Origin: an uncultured Campylobacter sp. | GTDB taxonomy: Bacteria; Campylobacterota; Campylobacteria; Campylobacterales; Campylobacteraceae | Assembly: GCF_938015785.1 (NCBI RefSeq) | Contig: NZ_CALLWC010000066.1 | Location: forward strand, 12,906 to 44,905 | Length of the DNA: 32,000 nucleotides | Direction of reading: 5' to 3' | Shown: in pieces, positions 26,501-32,000 of the stretch | Layout of the letters: each line of letters begins with the position of its first letter | Position numbering within the stretch: position 1 is the stretch's first letter | The notes under the pieces: model-generated | Seen by the model: the letters and a program-made list of their open reading frames with translations, nothing else | What the model was told of the DNA's origin: nothing | Database searches by the model: none | Position numbers and translations under genes: made by a program

Positions 26501-28615
26501 TTAAGCCAGTTCCAATGAAATTTTAGTGCCTTTCTGATCGGTCACGCGCACTCGCACCACATCGCCCGCCTTGTAAGGCGTCGTGATAAATTTGGCGCGC
26601 AGTAGCCCATCCACGCCGTCTCGCAGCGAGATAAAGGTGCCGAAATCCAGTACGCTTTGCACCACACCGTCAAACTCCTCGCCGATCTGAAATTTTACCT
26701 CTTTGCGTTCACCGCGCGGCTTGCGAAAATCGCGAGAATTTGAAACTATCGATAAAATTTTCTCTTTCGCGCCCGATACGCCGCTAGCTTTGGCGCCTTG
26801 GATCTTAACCTCGCCCTTTTCGCGTTCCAGATCGATATTTACGCCGAAGCTTTCGGTGATCTCTTTGATGACCTTGCCGCCCTGACCGATGATGTCTGGG
26901 ATTTTGCTCGCCTCGACGCTAAAAATTTCAAGCTTCGGAAGCACGTCCTCGTTTATAACGATCGCCGTATCCGCCTGCTCCATAAGGCCCAAAATATGCG
27001 CACGAGCCTGCTTTGCCTGCGCGAGAGCCTCTTTTAAAACCTCCAGGCTGATGCCGCCGAGCTTGATATCCATCTGAAGCGCGGTGATGCCATCATAGGT
27101 GCCCGCGACCTTGAAATCCATATCGCCGTCGTGATCCTCAAGCCCCATTATGTCGGTTAGCACGGCATGCTTGTCGCCCTCAAAAATTAAGCCCATCGCG
27201 ACGCCCGCAACGAGCTTTAGCGTAGGTACGCCCGCTGCTCGGAGAGAAAGTGCGCCGCCGCAGACCGAAGCCATCGAGCTTGAGCCGTTGCTCTCTAAAA
27301 TTTCGCTCACTACGCGGATGGACTGCGGTGAGTTTAGATCGATGCTCGGATATAGCGCTCTTTTGGCTAAATTTCCATGTCCCAGCTCACGTCTGCCAGG
27401 GCTTTTGAGCGGGCTTGCTTCGCCGACGCAAAAGCCCGGGAAGTTGTAGTTAAACATAAATCTATCGCTGATCGGCTCAAGCTGCGTTAGGCTGTCGCTT
27501 AGCTGCGCGTCGCTATCGCCGCCTAGCGTAGTGACGACTAAAGCTTGCGTCTGCCCGCGCGTAAATAGGCAGCTTCCATGCGCGCACGGTAGGATATTTG
27601 TCTCGATACTGATCGAGCGCACCTCATCAAGCGCGCGTCCGTCGGCTCTGCGGCGATCCTCGATGATCTGCGTGCGGATGATGCCGCGCTTATACTTGCC
27701 GATGACGCTGGAGATCACCTCTTTGCTCCACTCGTTTTGCGCCGCGGCCTCGGTCGATAAAATTTGATCCACGATTTTGTTTAGTTCGGTAGCGCGCTCG
27801 CTCTTTGCCATCTGATTGATCGCCGCTTTGACGGCATCTTTGTAGTTTGCGTCGATAAAATCCGCGATATCCTCATCCTCGATCTCAGGCTTGTACTCCA
27901 GGCTCGCATCCGGTTTTTTAAGCGGCAGAAAAGCCTCTTCGTAGGCGCCCGAGCCCGCGCTTATCGCCTTTGCGGCAAAATCGATCGCATCTACCATCAG
28001 ATTTTCGCTAAATTCATTCATCTGCTGCGCGCCGCCATTAATCTGCGGCAGGGAGCGCATCTCGATCATCAAAAGCTCATCGCCGACACCCGCTACGTAA
28101 AGATCGAGCGCGCTAGCTTTAAGCGCGGAGTTGCTCGGATTTAAGATGAAATTTCCGTTTTGATAGCCTATGCGCACGCCGCAAACGGGCGCCTTAATCG
28201 GGATGTCGCTAAGATACAGCGCCGCAGACGCCGCATTAAGAGCGACGACTTGCAGATCAACTTCGGGATCTGCCGATAGCACGTAAACTACGATCTGCGT
28301 CGGATACGCATAACCCTTTGGAAAGAGCGGGCGCAGCGAGCGGTCTATGATGCGGCTCGTGAGCGTCTCAAAATCGCCAGGCTTAGTCTCGCGCTTGATG
28401 TAGCCTCCAGGGATTCTACCTGCCGCGTACATCTTTTCGATATATTGCACGGTAAGGGGCAAAAAGTCCTCCTGCACCTGCGTCTCTTCGCGCGCTACGG
28501 TAGCCAGCACGACGGTATTTTTTACGCGCAAAAGCGCCGCGCCCGCGGCTTGTTTCGCAACTTTGTCGATATCGAAAATTTCGGTATTGCCATTTACTTC
28601 AATTTTACACTGCAT
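26501..28615 (-). CDS. pnp: Polyribonucleotide nucleotidyltransferase (PNPase)
   Basis: 704 aa. Two RNase PH-like halves (RPLFPKGY..., [15 protein letters not shown]), followed by KH ([11 protein letters not shown]) and S1 ([15 protein letters not shown]) domains. Confidence 0.95.
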   Translation of the reverse strand: MQCKIEVNGNTEIFDIDKVAKQAAGAALLRVKNTVVLATVAREETQVQEDFLPLTVQYIEKMYAAGRIPGGYIKRETKPGDFETLTSRIIDRSLRPLFPKGYAYPTQIVVYVLSADPEVDLQVVALNAASAALYLSDIPIKAPVCGVRIGYQNGNFILNPSNSALKASALDLYVAGVGDELLMIEMRSLPQINGGAQQMNEFSENLMVDAIDFAAKAISAGSGAYEEAFLPLKKPDASLEYKPEIEDEDIADFIDANYKDAVKAAINQMAKSERATELNKIVDQILSTEAAAQNEWSKEVISSVIGKYKRGIIRTQIIEDRRRADGRALDEVRSISIETNILPCAHGSCLFTRGQTQALVVTTLGGDSDAQLSDSLTQLEPISDRFMFNYNFPGFCVGEASPLKSPGRRELGHGNLAKRALYPSIDLNSPQSIRVVSEILESNGSSSMASVCGGALSLRAAGVPTLKLVAGVAMGLIFEGDKHAVLTDIMGLEDHDGDMDFKVAGTYDGITALQMDIKLGGISLEVLKEALAQAKQARAHILGLMEQADTAIVINEDVLPKLEIFSVEASKIPDIIGQGGKVIKEITESFGVNIDLEREKGEVKIQGAKASGVSGAKEKILSIVSNSRDFRKPRGERKEVKFQIGEEFDGVVQSVLDFGTFISLRDGVDGLLRAKFITTPYKAGDVVRVRVTDQKGTKISLELA

Positions 28616-29318
28616 TAATTTTCTCCTTGTTTTTGTTAGTCTCGTGAAACGGCAGATAAAGCGGGCATTTGTTTAAAATTTGCATTATCTCCTCCGCGCT
28701 TGAGAGCGTTTTTTCTTTGTAATAAAAATCCACGTTCACAAAATCTCTGATCTTATGAACAGCATAAATTCCATCTACTAGCATGGCGATCTCGTCTGCA
28801 TTATCGCTGCCGATAACAGGCGTAGCGTAAAAGATCGCTTTGGCGTTTAAGCTTACGAGCGTCTTTATGCAAGTAAGCGCGGTCAGCCCGCTCTCACACC
28901 CCTCATCTACCAAGATGACGTTTTTTTTCTCTAAATTTCCCAAAAGCTCACCCTTGCGAAATTTATACATGTTTTTTAAAATTTTCTCCTCATAAAGTCT
29001 ATTCGCCTGCCCATAAACGTAATCCAGGCTGATGCCGAAGCTTCGCACGAGCTCATCTACCATCACGATCTCTTGGGTTTCGCTTACGCACGCGATCGCG
29101 CATTCAGGATTATTTGGCGCCAAAACAGGCTCTGTGAATAAAAACTCATAAGCAAGCCCTAGTTTTAGAGCAAGATGATTTGCGATAGGAAGCGACTCCA
29201 GGGATTGAGCGATTATCAGAAAATTTTCGTTTTTGATCACGGTAGCGGGTAAAATTTCTGCGAGTTTCATCGCGGCGTCGATTTGGTTTTCAAACATCAG
29301 CTCAGCTCTAGGCGTCAT
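28605..29318 (-). CDS. Type I phosphoribosyltransferase-fold protein, substrate unknown
   Basis: PRPP-binding motif [17 protein letters not shown]. 237 aa. The ATG overlaps the lptD stop (TAATG), and the 3' end overlaps the pnp start by 11 nt. Confidence 0.7.
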   Translation of the reverse strand: MTPRAELMFENQIDAAMKLAEILPATVIKNENFLIIAQSLESLPIANHLALKLGLAYEFLFTEPVLAPNNPECAIACVSETQEIVMVDELVRSFGISLDYVYGQANRLYEEKILKNMYKFRKGELLGNLEKKNVILVDEGCESGLTALTCIKTLVSLNAKAIFYATPVIGSDNADEIAMLVDGIYAVHKIRDFVNVDFYYKEKTLSSAEEIMQILNKCPLYLPFHETNKNKEKINAV

Positions 29319-31576
29319 TATTTTTCGCTTCCGTATTCGCTATTTACCGAAAAATCATACCCTACTCCGCCGAACGGATAGAAATTTACGAGAAAGTAAA
29401 TTCCGCGCTCCTTGCTTGCTTTGCTATAACCAGTCGTACTGGTATTTTTAGGCTCGATATCCTCTTGATACACAAAAGAGTAATTCCAACACTTGCGCGT
29501 ATGAGAAAGCCCCACGCGCCACATTTTAGAATAAGATCGCTCCAAGTCGTAATCCCAACGCCCAAAAATTTTATTATTCCTAGGCAAATTTACCGAAGCA
29601 TTTACGATGCCGTAGTTATCTTTCGTATAGCGTTTAGGCTCCATGCTAAGTTTTTCGTATTCGTAAGCGTGACTAAGTCCAAAGCTAAAGTCGTCGTTGG
29701 AGTAGTTGGCGTAAGTATAGACCTTATCGAAGCTTTTATATTTATGCGAGTAGGTAAAGCGGTTTCCGATATTTAGCCCATTTGCAAAATACGCATCGAT
29801 GCGGTGTTCTAAATCATCGAACTCATGATCGTCGAAGTCATATCGCTGCTTGACACTATGGCGTAAGAATTTACGTCCGTCTTCATTATAAAAAAACTGC
29901 GTCATACTTAAAGCTGCATTTTCGTGGGTGTATTCGTCACTAAGCTCGCTTAAGAAGTTATCCTCCCAATAAAGCGAGTCTTGCAAGTTACCCAGCCGTG
30001 AGCGATCTACTGCGCCGCGAGCAAGGTCGTATTTATACTGATGATACTTTAAAATTCTATCCTCGATGTCGCCTTGCTGCCAGCTTGGAATTCTAAAATC
30101 CGCCCTCCAGCTCATAGTATGATACAAGCTATCGTAAGCCCTGGCTACGTCGGTGTAGAGTGAAAGCTCGGTGTATTGATTAGCGTAGAAAGTGCTTTTA
30201 TCCTCGCCAAGATCGCCGTTTGCGTAGTAGAATTTATCGTGCCAATCGATATTAGTCATATACACTCGCTCGGTAAAGGCGAAATTTAAATAATCCGCCA
30301 GTAGTGGCGTGCTTATACTAATCGGAACGTCAAACTCGTATTGGCGAGCAGTCGCGCCCTCCCATCTGGTATAATTACGCGCCTTCGCATCAAGCGAATA
30401 GATCAAATTTGGTAGTCCCAAATCATTGCTAAATTTATGATATTGCAGCGTCGGAAGCTCTTGGACGGTATCTTCGTTGCGGAAAGTATTATCGGCGTTT
30501 AGCTTACTCGTATCGATGTAGTATCGTCCGTAAGCGCCAAAATAATGCTCGTCTGAGGTTAAATAATAATTCAGCCGTGAAGTTACGAGCGAATTATCCG
30601 CATCGTTGCCAAGACCTCCCTTTTCCTTCAGATCGTAGTATTCAAGGTCGTTTAGCTGAGTAAAATCGATCCATAAATTTTCGCGTAGATCGCCGTCTAG
30701 CAGATAGGTCGCGAGCTTGCTGCGATCGTATTGAACTTCAAAGCCGTGATGGCGCTCGTTTTTGTATTCGAGGCGCTTTTGCGCTCTCGAGAAGTTATCG
30801 AAAACTCCACCTCTAATCTCGCCGTAAGAATACGGCGACTCCGTAAATCGAAATGTCCCGTATACGCCAAAGCCCCTTCTGCTGCGCACCTGCGGATCGA
30901 GCTGAAAATCCCAGCTATCGTAAGGCGCGAAATAGATCGGCTGCTTATAATAGATCCCTTCCTTGCTGATGTAGCCCGCCTCCGGAGGCAGCAAGCCCGT
31001 GCGGCGCGTACGGTCGGTCGGAAAGCCGAAATACGGCAGATAGAGCACTGGCACGTCGCCCACGTAAAATCTCGGATTGAAAAGATGGAGGAATTTGCTC
31101 TCTTTATTGAGCATGCCGCTACTAAATTTGATGCGCCAATCGGGATCGGTGACGTTGCAGCTAGATACGCTGGAGCCCTCCACGCGGTAATACTCGCTGT
31201 CGCTGCAGCTGGCGTCGTTTTGCATCCAAAGCTCGGAGTCCTTATCCATCATAAAATTTACGTCGGCTTCCTGCTTGTCGTTTTTCAGATCGATTTTGAC
31301 GTGCTGCGCGCGCGTAGTTTCGCTGCTGCCGCGCATCGCATTGACGTTACCAAAAAGCTCAATGATGCCGTTTTGCTCGTCATAGGTGGCGCGATCGGCG
31401 GTGATGAAGTAGTCCTGCGAATACACCGTTACGTTGCCGCTCGCCTCTGTCAAAAAGCCGTTTTTCTCGACATTATCTGCTATAAGCTCGACGTCTTGGA
31501 CCTTCGCGCTCGCACTACTTGCTAAAAGAGCACTAAAACTGAGCGCTAGAATTTTAAATTTTTTACTCTTTTTCAA
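29318..31576 (-). CDS. lptD: LPS-assembly outer membrane protein LptD
   Basis: Signal peptide MKKSKKFKILALSFSALLASSASA. OstA-like N-domain (ASGNVTVYSQDYFITADRATYDEQNGIIELFGNV). Long aromatic-rich beta-barrel region. 752 aa. Apparent TTG start. Confidence 0.85.
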   Translation of the reverse strand: MKKSKKFKILALSFSALLASSASAKVQDVELIADNVEKNGFLTEASGNVTVYSQDYFITADRATYDEQNGIIELFGNVNAMRGSSETTRAQHVKIDLKNDKQEADVNFMMDKDSELWMQNDASCSDSEYYRVEGSSVSSCNVTDPDWRIKFSSGMLNKESKFLHLFNPRFYVGDVPVLYLPYFGFPTDRTRRTGLLPPEAGYISKEGIYYKQPIYFAPYDSWDFQLDPQVRSRRGFGVYGTFRFTESPYSYGEIRGGVFDNFSRAQKRLEYKNERHHGFEVQYDRSKLATYLLDGDLRENLWIDFTQLNDLEYYDLKEKGGLGNDADNSLVTSRLNYYLTSDEHYFGAYGRYYIDTSKLNADNTFRNEDTVQELPTLQYHKFSNDLGLPNLIYSLDAKARNYTRWEGATARQYEFDVPISISTPLLADYLNFAFTERVYMTNIDWHDKFYYANGDLGEDKSTFYANQYTELSLYTDVARAYDSLYHTMSWRADFRIPSWQQGDIEDRILKYHQYKYDLARGAVDRSRLGNLQDSLYWEDNFLSELSDEYTHENAALSMTQFFYNEDGRKFLRHSVKQRYDFDDHEFDDLEHRIDAYFANGLNIGNRFTYSHKYKSFDKVYTYANYSNDDFSFGLSHAYEYEKLSMEPKRYTKDNYGIVNASVNLPRNNKIFGRWDYDLERSYSKMWRVGLSHTRKCWNYSFVYQEDIEPKNTSTTGYSKASKERGIYFLVNFYPFGGVGYDFSVNSEYGSEK

Positions 31577-32000
31577 TCTCTACCACCAATGTTTTCGCCG
31601 CCATATCGTGCAGGCTCTGACGCGAGTTCGTAAAAAGCGCCACCAAAAATCCCATATAAAAGATCATCTCGCTTATCAACCTAACCGCCGCACGGATCGC
31701 TGCCGTAGCGATATCCATAGCGCTGCCGTCGGTGCGGACGCAATAAATTTTAACCGCGAGCTTGCCTAGCGTCGCGCCATATAGATAGACAAAAATTGCC
31801 TGATATAAAAATTTTATTATCGCGTAATGCAAAATGAATTTTGACGCGATCTTTTGTACCTCAAGATTGCTTCCGCTCTGCGCCGCTGCAACAAGCTCTG
31901 GCTCGTCGATAGCAAATAGCACGACCACAAAAAGCGTTACGTTCACCGCTTCGTCGATACTAAACGCAATTACGCGCTTGCTAAGCGGAGCGACGATCAA
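31563..32000 (-). CDS. RDD family membrane protein (5' end may lie outside the window)
   Basis: KRVIAFSIDEAV...GATLGKLAVKIYCVRTDG...RQSLHDMAAKTLVV follows the RDD-domain pattern with three hydrophobic segments. The frame is open to the window edge. Its 3' end overlaps the lptD start by 14 nt. Confidence 0.7.
   Translation of the reverse strand: MIVAPLSKRVIAFSIDEAVNVTLFVVVLFAIDEPELVAAAQSGSNLEVQKIASKFILHYAIIKFLYQAIFVYLYGATLGKLAVKIYCVRTDGSAMDIATAAIRAAVRLISEMIFYMGFLVALFTNSRQSLHDMAAKTLVVEIEKE

Noticed and set aside
28921-28928. A homopolymeric T8 (A8 on the coding strand) inside the PRTase gene, considered as a phase-variation tract.
   Set aside because: It encodes Lys-Lys-Asn within the conserved PRPP-loop context. 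Campylobacter phase variation is classically poly-G/C, no long G/C tracts occur in this window, and 8 A/T is short for efficient slippage.
31434-31769. 111-aa plus-strand ORF spanning the lptD/RDD junction.
   Set aside because: It lies antisense to two well-supported overlapping genes. The product is basic and low-complexity with no start context.

Overview
The window is a mostly housekeeping chromosomal segment with a Campylobacter-like (Campylobacterota) look. That assignment is inference only, from AAGGA-type RBSs, an extended -10 promoter without a -35, frequent GTG/TTG starts, overlapping operons and the protein motifs. I support about 28 protein genes. Plus strand: a DUF748/AsmA-like envelope protein (5' partial), dapB, a truncated nucleotidyltransferase remnant, purF, yeaO (DUF488), a di-TOBE molbindin, bcp, a KefG-like flavoprotein, dcd-topA-yfcE-like, and a CPA-type antiporter. 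Minus strand: a second KefG-like flavoprotein, a five-gene peptidase/transporter operon (M20 carbamoylase-like, AbgA-like M20D, pepE, DcuC-family carrier, pepT), accB-accC, a secreted ansB, a low-GC orphan gene, and a tandem USP following an RDD-lptD-PRTase-pnp chain. I saw no rRNA, tRNA, CRISPR array, transposase, integrase or recognisable defence gene. No clearly novel multi-gene system is evident. The points most worth a second look are: (1) about 145 codons of intergenic-type RAATTY-rich repeat DNA sit in frame inside the catalytic core of the YfcE-like phosphoesterase; (2) phased RAATTY word arrays fill the intergenic spacers; (3) an abgAB-like hydrolase pair is wired to a DcuC-type carrier plus PepE and PepT; (4) a strongly AT-shifted acidic orphan ORF lies next to 405 bp of ORF-free DNA; (5) a 35-codon very basic small ORF is coupled by ATGA overlap to the antiporter gene; (6) several decayed gene remnants are present.
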